A stretch of 63,447 bases of DNA, counting the filler, from Octopus bimaculoides (Eukaryota), in the NCBI RefSeq assembly GCF_001194135.2. It is 4 parts of 3 records of this genome, joined end to end, with 100 filler letters (N's around TTAATTAATTAA, not from the genome) between each part and the next. Parts side by side here need not be neighbours in the genome. Positions count along the whole stretch, not along the records: positions 1 to 26,465 come from NC_068983.1; 3 more parts are not named here. One strand, written 5' to 3'. Shown here in pieces: positions 1 through 13,232 of this stretch. Made by a program: the position numbers and the translations under genes. Position 1 is the first letter of the stretch. Each line of letters starts with the position of its first letter. Below the pieces are notes generated by a model that was not told the origin of the DNA, did not search any database, and saw only the letters and a list, made by a program, of their open reading frames with translations.

Positions 1-320
1 TTTTGGCTCAAAGTCAAAACAAAAATTTTCGCTACTGTGGGCAAGCGAACCCGCCTCCCACAAACAGCGAATACAGAATTTGTTCGTACAACGAACACAC
101 TAAAAACTCGCCAAGGAAAGCGAAAATGCCACACCGCTGGACAACAATTTACTAAAAAAATAAATAGAAGCAATAAATTGCTGCCCAGCTGAGCAACAAA
201 AACGACTTACCCAGCCGAATTCTTCAATTTTTCCTTCTATAGACAGAGCCGAAACCCATGTCTATCTTCGTTCACAGCAAGTAGCCAGTCTGGCGCAGAT
301 GCGCAATGAGCAAACCGGAA
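1..320 (-). mobile_element. 5' UTR of a putative L1/Tx1-like LINE (copy 1; continues beyond the window start)
   Basis: 119-320 aligns by eye with 1884-2062 (e.g. aaaatgccacaccgctggacaacaatttactaaaaaaataaa vs aaaatgccccagagctgggcagaatatactataaaaataaa), which lies upstream of an ORF1-like remnant. The clade assignment is inference. Confidence 0.5.
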
Positions 321-360
321 GTAAGCAAGCTACTTACCACACAGCCACTCCTACGCCTAT
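321..360 (-). mobile_element. Isolated 40-bp 5' head (A box only) of the tRNA-derived SINE family
   Basis: The reverse complement ataggcgtaggagtggctgtgtggtaagtagcttgcttac matches the head of the SINE copies ending at 22433 (-) and starting at 62534 (+). The B box is absent. Confidence 0.85.
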
Positions 361-2062
361 TTTCTCATATTTTTAAAAATCTATATGAGGTTTCCAACCT
401 CTTACAAAAAGAAACACTAAAACCTGTTACTTAACATCTTTTTTTGTTTGTTAAAAAACACAATTAAGGTTTTGAACCACTACAAATAATGCAAAAAGAT
501 GCCCTTTCAAACCCTCTTAACGAGGCTTTTTCACCTCATATTCATTGATATGTCCATCATTATATCTATCATTATCTTCAGTGCCGCTTGATTTCCCNNN
601 NNNNNNNATTTCCCGTACCCCGCCATTTCCCATGCGGTGGGCGCTGTTTCTTCCACCGTAGGTGGCACAACCTCGGGACATGCAGATGGCACGTCATCGT
701 CCACCCGTTCTTTCTTTTTTTCTTTTCCTCCTGACTTCGGGAGAGTGGAGCTCTTCCGCTTTGCCCGGAGTCTCTCCCCCACCTCCCGAAGCTTTAGGGT
801 CCTTCCCCAGGCGATCAATGTTGTCCGCTTTCTTCCTTTTTAATCCTTTTTGGATTGAGGATGCTGGACCCTCCTCAATCACATCCATCTCTCCCTTTGA
901 CCGGGTAGGGACGCGGCTTCCAATGACTGTTCCAGGGCCTTAACATGGTCCTGGAGGCAGTTCATTCTGAAATNNNNNNNNNNNNNNNNNNNNNNNNNNN
1001 NNNNNNNNNNNNNNNNNNNNNNNNNNNNNNNNNNNNNNNNNNNNNNNNNNNNNNNNNNNNNNNNNNNNNNNNNNNNNNNNNNNNNNNNNNNNNNNNNNNN
1101 NNNNNNNNNNNNNNNNNNNNNNNNNNNNNNNNNNNNNNNNNNNNNNNNNNNNNNNNNNNNNNNNNNNNNNNNNNNNNNNNNNNNNNNNNNNNNNNNNNNN
1201 NNNNNNNNNNNNNNNNNNNNNNNNNNNNNNNNNNNNNNNNNNNNNNNNNNNNNNNNNNNNNNNNNNNNNNNNNNNNNNNNNNNNNNNNNNNNNNNNNNNN
1301 NNNNNNNNNNNNNNNNNNNNNNNNNNNNNNNNNNNNNNNNNNNNNNNNNNNNNNNNNNNNNNNNNNNNNNNNNNNNNNNNNNNNNNNNNNNNNNNNNNNN
1401 NNNNNNNNNNNNNNNNNNNNNNNNNNNNNNNNNNNNNNNNNNNNNNNNNNNNNNNNNNNNNNNNNNNNNNNNNNNNNNNNNNNNNNNNNNNNNNNNNNNN
1501 NNNNNNNNNNNNNNNNNNNNNNNNNNNNNNNNNNNNNNNNNNNNNNNNNNNNNNNNNNNNNNNNNNNNNNNNNNNNNNNNNNNNNNNNNNNNNNNNNNNN
1601 NNTTTTTTAAAGGTAAAGCGCAGAAACTTTGGCGAGAACAAAATGAGCTACCCCATACTCCAGCCCTGGCTTGAACTGGTATTCCCTTGCAGTCAAATAA
1701 ATACACAAACGTCCTGGTCCGCAATAGAGCGACCGAGGTGAGAAATTTTTTTTAATGGTTTCTGCTTGCTGAACATGGTTATTTCATAGAAACGCCCACC
1801 AGCGGCAGCCACACACATTATACCTGGGAAAAGTAACAATTCAGTTCTCTCCAATTTTCAAATTTTCGACACCGCGAAGCACAAGCAAAATGCCCCAGAG
1901 CTGGGCAGAATATACTATAAAAATAAAAACACAATACTTCTAGCCAGCTCACAAAAAAGCAAATTCGATTACCCTGACGGTGACCTCTGTTCCTTAAACG
2001 GAGCTATGAGCTACACGCCTATCTTCATTGGTAAGCGGAAGTAGACTGCCAACACAAACTTG
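361..2062 (-). mobile_element. Decayed, gapped L1/Tx1-like LINE (copy 2): 5' UTR, ORF1/gag-like remnant (about 531-1790) and a T-rich 3' segment
   Basis: GC-richer coding-like tract. ORF track fragments on - (531-818, 694-888, 879-1724) are Lys/Arg/Glu/Pro-rich and low-complexity, typical of an ORF1 C-terminus; FSPKFLRFTF lies near the N-terminus. No RT is visible and 974-1582 is N. Confidence 0.45.
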
Positions 2063-2102
2063 GTAAGCAAGCTACTTACCACACAGCCACTCGTGCGCCT
2101 AT
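2063..2102 (-). mobile_element. Second isolated 40-bp SINE head (A box only)
   Basis: gtaagcaagctacttaccacacagccactcgtgcgcctat; 2 mismatches in 40 against 321-360. Confidence 0.85.
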
Positions 2103-3519
2103 ATGTGTTAGTATAACCGAGATAATTCTAAAATGAAATCAAGAATATGTACAAAAACCTCTCTCAATCGGAGTAGTATATGGTCTATAGAGATAATAAC
2201 TGAGGTACGCTTAGTAGAGGTGATTTATATCTATTTGCAATATGATTACTGTCATATTTTGAAATGAACGATATAGAAAAAAAAAACACTGTGTGGAGAA
2301 TTCTCTGTCAAACAGACAAAATAAAAACTATTTGAAAAATAGAATAAGAAATAATAAAACAAGAAGGAATGCAGTTTTTATGCAAAATTTCAGCCGATAT
2401 TAAATGTGCTTGCATTAATTTTCATGATTTTTTTCTGTCCCATGCCATATCATTTTAATTCTTTCTTATCATTATTTGCATTGCTACTATTGATATAATT
2501 AATATTGTGGGATAGATCTGTGACTATTCGTGCATTTTTATGTATTTTGAAATTTTGTGAAAAAAAAGAAAACATTCAATTACATTGAAAAATAGACTTA
2601 GATAAAAACATTTACCAACTCTGATGTTACTCAATGTACTAAAAACAAAACCGGTTGGGAAAAAACGACGGCTAATTTATATATTGTGTTTTTAATTCAT
2701 ACAAAACCGTTTAATGATATTGAATTTTCAAATATTGAGAAAAACACGTAGGCAATTGCGTTTTATATGATATTTTTATGCATTATATTAGGAAATATTG
2801 CATAAGGATCTAATGGTATTGCACATCGAAATTTCAGGAAAACATTTGAAGACAGAAACCTATAGCCATTGTTGTTTGGCAATATATTTTTTGGTATAAT
2901 AACAATTTTGAAATGATGAAATAATTTTAATTGCTATCGTAGTTTAAAAACAAGTACATATTCTGAGCACATTTTCAAGTTTTTTGCCTAAGTGGCGTGA
3001 TGTTTGCAAGTTTTCAAAAGATTTGATATAGGTATATATGTGCGTGGCTGCACATATGTGCATGTGAGTGTGAGTTTCTGCGTATGAATATACAAATCTA
3101 TACATTTATACACATACAAACACAAAAACACACTCGCATACACGCCCAAACACACATGCACGCACAGACACTCACACACACACATTCAATAACCCTGAAT
3201 TTTCCCGTCGATGTCCAAGAATGTGCGTTCAACTGCAAATTGTTAGTTTACACAGAAAGATAACCTGGTTTCGGACATGAAGCACAAAGATGATGCAACT
3301 GTTTACCATAGATTGAGTAATACAACGAAAGAATCTCCATATCTATGGTTAGTTGCCTTCGCCAATGCTTAGAGTCCAGGCAACTCCGATAGTCTACGTA
3401 TGCACATGGTTAACAGAACTGAAATTTCTTTGGAAATATATGCATACATATATAAATACATGTATACATATATGCATATATATATATATATATATATGTG
3501 TGTATGTGTGTGTGTATGT

Positions 3520-3600
3520 ATGTATAAACTAAAACATCCTTTTGTTGTTTACGCATCCTGTCCTCGTCTGCTGTTTTTTTTCGTAAATTCTCCCATATGT
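3520..3600 (+). mobile_element. 3' fragment of a PLE-associated repeat
   Basis: tttgttgtttac...cctgtc.tcgt.tg.tgttttttttcgtaaattctcccat is shared with 31400-31460. Confidence 0.55.
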
Positions 3601-4215
3601 ACGTATGTATGTATGTATGTATCTATGTATGTATCTATCTATCTATGCATATATATATATANNNNNNNNNNNNNNNNNNNNNNNNNNNNNNNNNNNNNNN
3701 NNNNNNNNNNNNNNNNNNNNNNNNNNNNNNNNNNNNNNNNNNNNNNNNNNNNNNNNNNNNNNNNNNNNNNNNNNNNNNNNNNNNNNNNNNNNNNNNNNNN
3801 NNNNNNNNNNNNNNNNNNNNNNNNNNNNNNNNNNNNNNNNNNNNNNNNNNNNNNNNNNNNNNNNNNNNNNNNNNNNNNNNNNNNNNNNNNNNNNNNNNNN
3901 NNNNNNNNNNNNNNNNNNNNNNNNNNNNNNNNNNNNNNNNNNNNNNNNNNNNNNNNNNNNNNNNNNNNNNNNNNNNNNNNNNNNNNNNNNNNNNNNNNNN
4001 NNNNNNNNNNNNNNNNNNNNNNNNNNNNNNNNNNNNNNNNNNNNNNNNNNNNNNNNNNNNNNNNNNNNNNNNNNNNNNNNNNNNNNNNNNNNNNNNNNNN
4101 NNNNNNNNNNNNNNNNNNNNNNNNNNNNNNNNNNNNNNNNNNNNNNNNNNNNNNNNNNNNNNNNNNNNNNNNNNNNNNNNNNNNNNNNNNNNNNNNNNNN
4201 NNNNNNNNNNNNNNN

Positions 4216-4259
<44 letters not shown>

Positions 4260-7200
4260 TGTGTATTCGTAACCATGTGTCGATCTACCAGAATTTTATT
4301 TGTAATTTAGAGTCTCAATCGCCAATACATTATAATGCATCTTTTAGAATATATACGTGAATAATACGGCTTGTTCTACTGCAATAAAAGAAATCCTTAT
4401 TCTTTGGTAGCACATGCCGAAGTAATACTTTGCTGACAAATATATTCTGCAAAGCTTAGACATGTAATTCTTTTGTGAGTCTAGACATTAGGTTTAAATT
4501 ATTCATCAGGCAAAAAAAAAAATAATAATAAATAAAAAGAATAAGTACTTCCTGAAGCATTCAAAAATGAACTAAAATCTAAAAACATATTAATAAAAGA
4601 GAAACATTAAGGGTAACAATGATATAGAAATAATAATAATAAAAGCTGAAAGTGAAAAGTAATGAAAAGAAAGGGAATAAAAAATGAGAATCTGAATTAC
4701 CAAAAATGTAAAAGAAAAACAATTCTCTATTCTTTTAAAACACCGAACATATTCTCTGCATAACAATAAAATTTTTCTACAAAATCTTTTCTATTGAGAA
4801 TCCAAAATAGAAAATGGACACTGAACAGAAATTAGGTTCAACAGAATTGTTGGCCTGTCGTAACATTACAATGTCACATTTCTTTCGCGTTGGATAGTTG
4901 TAGTTCTCATCATATATTTTATTATTTATTATTTGGTGTTAAAGGTACCAGAGAAGTAAGAGAATCAGTAAAATGGGGGTACGAAATGTTTGTGTGATAA
5001 TATGTTTAGTATCGGTTTTATTTTTAACGTGAGTGATTATACTGCGCCTGGGGATACTATGGAGTCTTGTTCTTCCATTGCTCAAAAATAAATAATAGTC
5101 AAGTACAGGGATTACTTGATTTGAATACACCATTCATATACACATTTGTCATATACTAATGTTAAAAATCATCTTTAAGAGAAATACTGAAAAATGAAGT
5201 TTTAGTTGGTTACGTTGATTGTTTGCATGAAGAGAATGAACCGTTTATTTTAAATGACTATAACGTTGCTATAATCTAAGTGAAATCACTTAAAAAAAAA
5301 CATTATAAGCGTTAACGTAGTTGTGAATATTCACCTTGCAAAGCAGCATTTTAGAACTGTGAGACACAATAGTATCATAAAAGTAGTTATGTTTTTGTAC
5401 TGCGTTAGAGTATACCGAAACTCTTATAATACCTTATAATTTGTAAAGGTAACGTGTAAAAGTTATTGGTGGGTACAGCTATTGAACAAAATGAAATAAT
5501 CAGCTTTGCAAATGTTAGCTGGAGGATAATTTTCTTATTTGAATAAGTATAAATACTTATTTTAAAGATTAACTTACATGGAATTGTGAATGCATGCTTT
5601 TTCTTAACCCACTATATATTAAAAATTACTTATTTTATTTGAACAACTGCCTTCTTCTCAGTCTAATAATTTTAGTTTGCTTTTTGCTCTCCGATACATG
5701 TGTGAGAGAAATGTCATGAAATGTATTGAATAACTTTGTACTAGACGTCAGTTACTGTGTATTTTGATAAGATACTGCTTATCAATTTATTATTTTTGTT
5801 CTATATATTTTGTCTTATATATTTTGTTGCATTCATTGATGACTTTGTTAAATTTCATTTTATTCTAAGTTTAAGCAGAAGATATTTCTGTGTAATTGTC
5901 TAAAGAGAACTTTTTCTTGTCATTGAAGATGTAAACGATCAACAAAGCTTTTAAAATTTTCCAAACTTTTCCGGTAAGGTGTTCGGATGGCAACTTACGC
6001 AATGAAATGGGAGGAAATGAGCATATTTATGAAATCATGTCGGTCAAAACAAAGGGTAGAAATTGTGAATTGAGTGCAAAATGGGATAACATGAGTAAAA
6101 TTCTACAAACATCTTTTGTATATATTGTAATGAAGAGCATTATTAGCTTCCCTTTCACTGTTACGCCCACCAACTAACATTACTGGTCTTTTTACATTGC
6201 CATCTCTATCACCCATGAATAACCACACCAAAAATCTGCATAGTCTTTACTGATATACTGACATCGTGCATGCTCATACCTAGTCTCTAGTGCTGAATGC
6301 TTTCTATATACAACAATATTTTCACTATTTCTTTAGTGGCAAGACAAAAGTTTCCCCTTAGAGAACACTTTCGGACTATGCTTTCCATCTGAAAGCGTTG
6401 TACACATTCCCCATGCCTGTGTGATTTCGCGCTTAAGTTACTGATATGCATGTTAGAAATCAGACAGTTCTGTCGGTATGCATGCCTGACGTCACTGTTG
6501 TTACTGTCGAACACATCGAATGTAAAGATGGTTGCTTCGATTTCTAAGTAATGCAAGGTGGTATTAGGTGTATGTTTGAACAATTAACAATAGTGGACCA
6601 CGAAACCGACAACCGTTAGTTTCACGGTCATGCAAAGGTGTTTCATGTCTAATATGTTCCGTACGTACTGGTGGTTAGGAATTATAACAGCAGTAATCTG
6701 AACATGCACATTCGAACAAAGAAATGAGTGACAATTTACACTACAAGACAGGCAATGATGTCAGACGCTTCTGTTTGTTGCTTAGTACAATCACATAAAA
6801 ACACTTCTTGTCTAACTCCACATAACTAGAATGAAATATCGCAAACTTTATCTACGTGTCAAAAACAGGAACCATAATTAACCAAATAAAACAGCACAGT
6901 TCGCCATGTGAAAAATCAGATACAACTTCCCGATAGCGTCGCAGTGCAGAGAACGGAATTACTGGATAAATTGCTCGGAGTCTTGTTTGGTCCAAATCTT
7001 CAGGCGGACAGAACGAGAGTGAGATAATAAGCAAGGTACCCATGTATGAGACAAAAATAAACTACCCTGAAGTATGACAAAGTTGGAGAATACCTCCATT
7101 GCCTCCATAATCTATTACCACCTAACTTTCGTACTATACAACAGCCTTGACAGAACGGAGTAAACCTTCCTACCTGGGGAATTTTTTCCTTTTTTTCACT

Positions 7201-7285
7201 TGTTTACACGTTCTTATGTAACCTTACAATGCATTGTCATGCATCATATTCAATCTTGTGGCCAACCTTATGCTTACTACATAAA

Positions 7286-7288
<3 letters not shown>

Positions 7289-7347
<59 letters not shown>

Positions 7348-7368
7348 TTAATTATTATTATTATTATT
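7289..7368. repeat. (TTA)n microsatellite
   Basis: Direct reading; abuts the truncated 3' side of a LINE fragment. Confidence 0.95.
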
Positions 7369-8112
7369 GATCGTTTTTGCCACATTGTCATGCCGTCCTT
7401 TGTATTCGCGTTGTGCCAATTTCGGATATACGATGCCGTGTCACCCCTCTCACAACATATTCTACATTTGTCACTGTCGGTAGTGTTGTCGATTCTGCAC
7501 TTCACATAGTTAGTCTTTAATGCTTGCTCTTGAGCTGCGCATATAAGTGCTTCAGGTCACTTCTCCAAGTCCATAGCCACTAGAGTCTTTTGTATCTGTC
7601 TCGGTGTTCATATCTCTCGCAAACTGACCGTACATTTTTCTCCCTCCATGCTGTGCTGTTTCTTTTTTTTATGTTCTTTTCGTATTTGAATTTTTCTTCA
7701 CTTTTAATAACCGGAATTTTTCACATGTTTCTACAGTAGCCCCACCTTATCTTTTACATACCATCCTAAGCTGTTTTCTTCTCCTTCGATACAATCCTTG
7801 CAACTGATGAGCACAATACCAATGTTAGACTTCGGGAATATTCCATCCACAGTTCTTTCAATTTTCTTCTCCATTATCTCGTTGAACTTTAGTATGCGAA
7901 GATATTCGTATCCTTCCTTTTCAATTTGTTCAATTAGTTCTCTGCAAGATAATTCTATAACTCAGTTAGAGACTGTATCTTGCATCTTTCCAGGTACAAT
8001 GTACCACACATCTTGGATCCAAATTCCAATCTAATATCAGCACTAAAACTTGTTCATCAGAGAATTCACATGTTTCCCATCCTTGCCATACAGCCTAAAA
8101 TCCGCAATGAAG
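7369..8112 (-). mobile_element. R4/Dong-type LINE fragment A (RT C-terminus to CCHC knuckle, internally deleted)
   Basis: The minus strand gives FIADFRLYGKDG (the MDDLKLYG motif, about 8075-8110), LIEQIEKEGYEYL, and ALKTNYVKCRIDNTTDSDKCRICCERGD...RHDNVAK. Confidence 0.85.
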
Positions 8113-8189
8113 AGGAGATAGTAGAATTATTATTGTTATTATTATCGTTATTATTATTATTGTTGTTGCTTTTGTTATCATTACTATTA

Positions 8190-11100
8190 TTATTATTGTC
8201 ATTTCACAGTTTCTAAAGCTGGAGATGTACTACGGTGCTAGCTATTCACTACCAGTGAACTAAGGTAACAGCCCATATTTTTCGAACACCATCCGGGGTA
8301 TTCGAGCAGTTCAAAGCAGTGCTGCTTCCTGCAAGTGCTGCACCCTTATTGCAACCCCTATTTGTTCAACATACTTCTCAAGATTTTTACTCACTGTTCC
8401 CAGGCTTCCGAACATCATTGGTACTACTCTCACGTTTTATCGACTACAACTGCTTAATTTCCCAAGCTAATCTGACATATCTATCGACATTTCTTTCTTC
8501 CCTATCGCCTACCCTGTTGTTAGCTTGGCATGCTATATCTATGCTCCAGCATCGTTTGCTTTTTTTATAAAATCTCATAGGGTCATTGCGTTATCAGTCT
8601 CGATGATGCCTTCGTGTTGATGTACCACATTTATATTATGTTCATACTTGTTGCTTTGTTCATATTGTGTTCATACTTGTTCATGCACGTTTGTTCATAC
8701 TTGCTGCAAAGTTTCCAATGGACAATTCTTGCGATATTGTCATGACGTCTCTTATATTCTTTCTGGGCTAGTGGCGTAGATTGACTTATTACTTTCTGAT
8801 ATATTGCACTTATTACTTTCTGATATATTGTCTATTCTGCATTTGATATAATTGGTTCTTAAGGCTTGCTCTTGTGCAGCACAAATTAGAGGTTCTGCTT
8901 CCCGTTTTAAATTACTTTTAGTCATCCATAGTCATCTTTTTTCTGTCTTATCTTCAACATCCCTATGAAATTGTCCATGGATACTTTTCTTTCTCCACCT
9001 ATTTTCAGTTTCATTTATTCTCAAGTGCTTCTACAATGCTTTTTCTGTGCAATCTTCCATCTTACACAGGCTTAACCTTGTTATTTCCAATAATAGTGGT
9101 TTTGTGGCATTTGTTACATACCATACTATGTTTCTTTCTTCTGCTCTCATGCTGTGTTTGCATCTAGTCAGTCCTCTTCTCCCTCTTTTTCGTGGTACAT
9201 ACAGTCATTATCTGTCACTTTTTGGGTGGAGTATTCCATAACTAGTCAGCAACATCCATGTCTTTCTCTCTAAGCAGTTTATTTCGTCTACTGTCCATGT
9301 TATTAACCTTGCTCCATTTCTAAGTAGTAAAACCACCCAGGTGCTTCAATCTTATTCCCTCCATTTAATTTCGACTTAAGGATCCGTCTCATTGTGCGCA
9401 AGTATTCCACCTTAAACTTTTCTGTCATTTCTTTCTCCATGAATTTATCCATTTCCAGTGACCCCAAGTACTTATAGCCCGTCTCTTCTAGATGCTTCAT
9501 AACGTCCTCCGACGGTATCGCTTGCCCGCCATACATTTGATTTTGCCTCTCTTCTTGACTAACACACCACACTTTTTCAGTCCGAACTCCATTCTGAGAT
9601 TAGCACTGAAACTATAGACCGTATCAACGAGGGAAGTACTTGAGATTCAGCATTACCATAAGGTTTGAGGTCTTCGATGAACAGCAGCAAATGGTTGACA
9701 TTTTGTTGGCGGCTGTTGAATAGATAGTCAGCCATTGCTTTCTTCAGAATCTGTGTTAGTGGTATCATGCACAGTACAAAGATCAATGGGGATAGGATTG
9801 TCCCTTAACGTCTTCCATATGCTGTCAGTTCCGTCTTCCACTTCGCCATACTTTTTTCAAGCAATCGCTCAACATTCGATGCAATATCAAATAGGTTCAT
9901 ACATTCCATAATCCAAGAATATGGGGTCATGTCGTACGCCTTACGATAGTCGATCCATAATATGGCTAAGTTAGTTTTCATCCTTTTGCATTCTCTAAGT
10001 ACAGTTTCGTCTACCGGAAGTTGCTCCTTGGTACCTCTGCACTTACGTATGCAACCCTGCTGCTCATGTGGCAGGAGTCCATATTTTCAGATGTCTGTAT
10101 ATTGACTGTGCGACTCTTCCAGTCAACAATTTCCACATAATTAGCAAGCAGTATATCGGCCTGTAATTGTCTATCGTATAGCCTTTTCGATGTTTTTCAA
10201 GCACAGCACTGTCCTATCGACTGTCAACCAGTCTGGTGTTATTTAGTCGGCATTTAATAATGTGTTGAGTTGTGCAGCTATTCGTGCATGACATTCACCA
10301 AATCTTTTGATCCAGTATCATTGAACTCCATCTGGTCCCGGAGCCTTCCAGTTGCCAATTTGTTGCTGATTTCCTTCACTTCCCTTTGTCTTTCTGTCTA
10401 CGCTTTTTAGTTCGTCTACTGTTCATGCGATAACTCTTGCTCCATATCTAAGAGTGAAACCGCCTAGGTGTTGATAGCATCAATCTTATTCCGTCCGTTT
10501 AATTTTGACTTAAGGATCCGTCTCAGTCTGCGCAAGTATTCCACCATAAATTTCTTCTGTCATTTCTTTCTCCGTCCATTTCCAGTATCCTCATGTACTT
10601 ATGGCCCGTCTCTTCTATTTGCTTCATAATCGATTACCATGGTATCAACTTTTTATCTGTACGCTCTCCATTTATTTCTTGGTAGAATTTCTTCTGATCT
10701 ACTCTGAAAAACCTATTCTGCTCGTAACCGTTCATTCTTTGCTCGTATCTTACCAAGTTTTCTTTCTTTGCAACGTGGCGCTGTTTCAGTTCCCTCATTA
10801 CCACTTTCAGGCCCTTTCTCCCAATATCATATTTCCTGTTCAGTACCCTGTCCTTCAAGAGCTTATCTAACCCCACCTTTATTCTTCTTTTCCACCATGG
10901 ATCTTCTCTTTTATTACTCCATTATAGTTCTTTTTCTTGCCGTCAACACTCACATTTTTTTCTGCTACAACAATATTTGCTGCCTTCATCATGTTGTTTG
11001 TTTCATTCACATTTTTCGATTCTTGAGTCAATTTTCACCGGTCACCCTTTTTAAGTTTGCAAATAGTGTCGACAGCTTTCTCCTGTAGCCTTGCCTTTAT

Positions 11101-11790
11101 TCTGTCGTAGATTTGCTTTTGCCCATCTGTCATGTCTCCATTAGTTTTATTTTCTTCTTCCAAAACCATCTATATGTCTCTCATCGAGCAAGCTATCACT
11201 GTTCCTTTTCTGTGGTTTATTAGAGAATTGCACCTCTGTTTTCAGCTATCAGATTACTTTTATCAGTTAGAACTGTATTCTCATCTTTTCCTCTTCTCCT
11301 GTTTTCCAATATCCCTCTTCTGATTGCTTCGAGCTCTACTTCAGTAAACCAACGATTTTTTCCTTATTGCGCCAGCTTGATCACATTATCTCTCTTCCGT
11401 GTCTTGAACCAATCGTCTTTCTCTCTATTCATCATACATACGTTGTCGGTATCCCCTAAGAGGAACACCCTTTCGTCTAAAGTGTTGCTCAGATGGTAAC
11501 ACTCCATGACCACAGCATTGACTTGCTTGTTCCATGTACGCCATGTGTGCCGGTCCCTTGATGGATAACAAACGACAGGATAGAGTCAGACCAGTATCTC
11601 TAGGCCTGCCGCGTGTAACTCTCACCATCAAGGGATTCAGTTTCATTACCACCGTTATTCACAATATTTTGCTTTATGATTGTCACTCATATGAGGCAGC
11701 GATTATAAGGTTGGGCAATTACCAGTGTTTTTATTGTGGCACCATCACTAGATGTATCATCAATCAGAGCATAGGGAGATTCCAACAGTT
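8190..11790 (-). mobile_element. Near full-length, heavily degenerate R4/Dong-type LINE B (N-terminus, RT, CCHC, RLE, 3' UTR)
   Basis: Minus strand: RGYRQRMYDE (N-terminus), RFFRVDQKKFYQ, NWKAPGPDG (about 10335), WIDYRKAYDM (about 9930-9958), NHLLLFIEDLKPYG, ETGYKYLGSLEMDK. The 3' UTR at 8200-8310 is homologous to 20750-20860 and 33830-33936. Many stops and frameshifts; TTA/TCA repeats on both sides. Confidence 0.9.
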
Positions 11791-13174
11791 TCCTTTCATT
11801 ATTATTATCATTATTGTTATTATTATCATCATCCTCATCATCATCATTACTGATATTATCATTTTCAATTTTTTACTTTTTGTCATTGTTAATATTTCTT
11901 CTTATTCGACATGAGTTTTGGCTAAATTATTACTATTATCATTATTACTCCCATCACCGTTATCACCATCATTATATTATATGTTTATTATTAAAATGCA
12001 TCATTGAATGTTGTTCAATTTCAACTTTTGTCTTGTACTTGAGATAATCATAATTGTGTGAGGGTCCAAGGGAATAGTAGGAACGAGTGAAACAGGTTGA
12101 TGAATAGATTAAATTTCCCAGGTTTGTAAATAGATTTAGCAGATGGTGAAGAGATCAGCAATGGACATTACTGTAGGATAAGGAGACAAAAGAGGTCTCA
12201 CACCCTTGGGGTGAGCAGAGTTTAAAATTCTAAGTGGAAGCGATTACTAACATATTACGTAGAGATGCTGAATGCAACATGACATCTTATCTTACTACAT
12301 TGGACATCAGATATATGATCCCAATCCATCGGCTACCAAAAAGTTCCGTGCAACTGAATCTGTGACATAGCTAATGAAACGTAGACTGGCGCTCAAGTTA
12401 CAGAATCTTCAGTCATTTAGCATGATCGCCTTTGGCGGCACATTTTTTGTCCAAACCATTATTTTAATAAAATTGTAGTTCTCGTCAATGTAAGATAAAA
12501 ACAGAGTGTTTGACACCTGGATTGCTGTCCAGTGTTCACAGTCCTTAATCAGTCGAGCAAAACAGCCGGTTGAACATACATGATTCTTGTTTATAGTAGA
12601 GTGGTTCTGATGAGCTGCATCGAATGTTTGGGAGTAACCCGTTACATCAATAAAAATCAATTGTCTGCACGTTATTCTAGAAAACCCATATCCTAGAGAC
12701 TTACTAATGTACCAGGTTTTGCATTGTTAACGATCTCCAGGGCCGGTTCGATGTAATCTTTAGAAAGTCAGTACTCCGTTATGCTGGCCTGCCCGATGTA
12801 AGTTCGCGAACAATACATTGTGCATCCAATTGATCTATGTCTGAATATTGCTGACGTTGATCTGTTGTCGCATATGAAATAAATCGGGTTATACTGAGTC
12901 CAACGTGAATAGTAACTCACTTTTTTTCTTTAACGGGAGAGCAAGCGGTTTTCCGTTGTCTGTGCTTATAGTCAAAGAGGCTATATGGTGAATGCAACTG
13001 AAGGAATTGAAATTCGATACATTATGTCGGTGAATATCATATTGACTTAAAGTTCTGTATTTTGTATTTCAATTACAAATTACACACCCACTACTATTCA
13101 CTTTGATAGCCTCTTTTTATATTCATACATTTTATTATTATTTACACGTAAACAAATTTAAATGTCTAGTTAAA

Positions 13175-13177
<3 letters not shown>

Positions 13178-13228
<51 letters not shown>
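13178..13228. repeat. (TA)n microsatellite
   Basis: Direct reading. Confidence 0.95.

Positions 13229-13232
<4 letters not shown>

Noticed and set aside
12330-12480. Possible mariner-like terminus (ctaccaaaaagttccgtgcaact)
   Set aside because: No matching inverted end or transposase motif was found.
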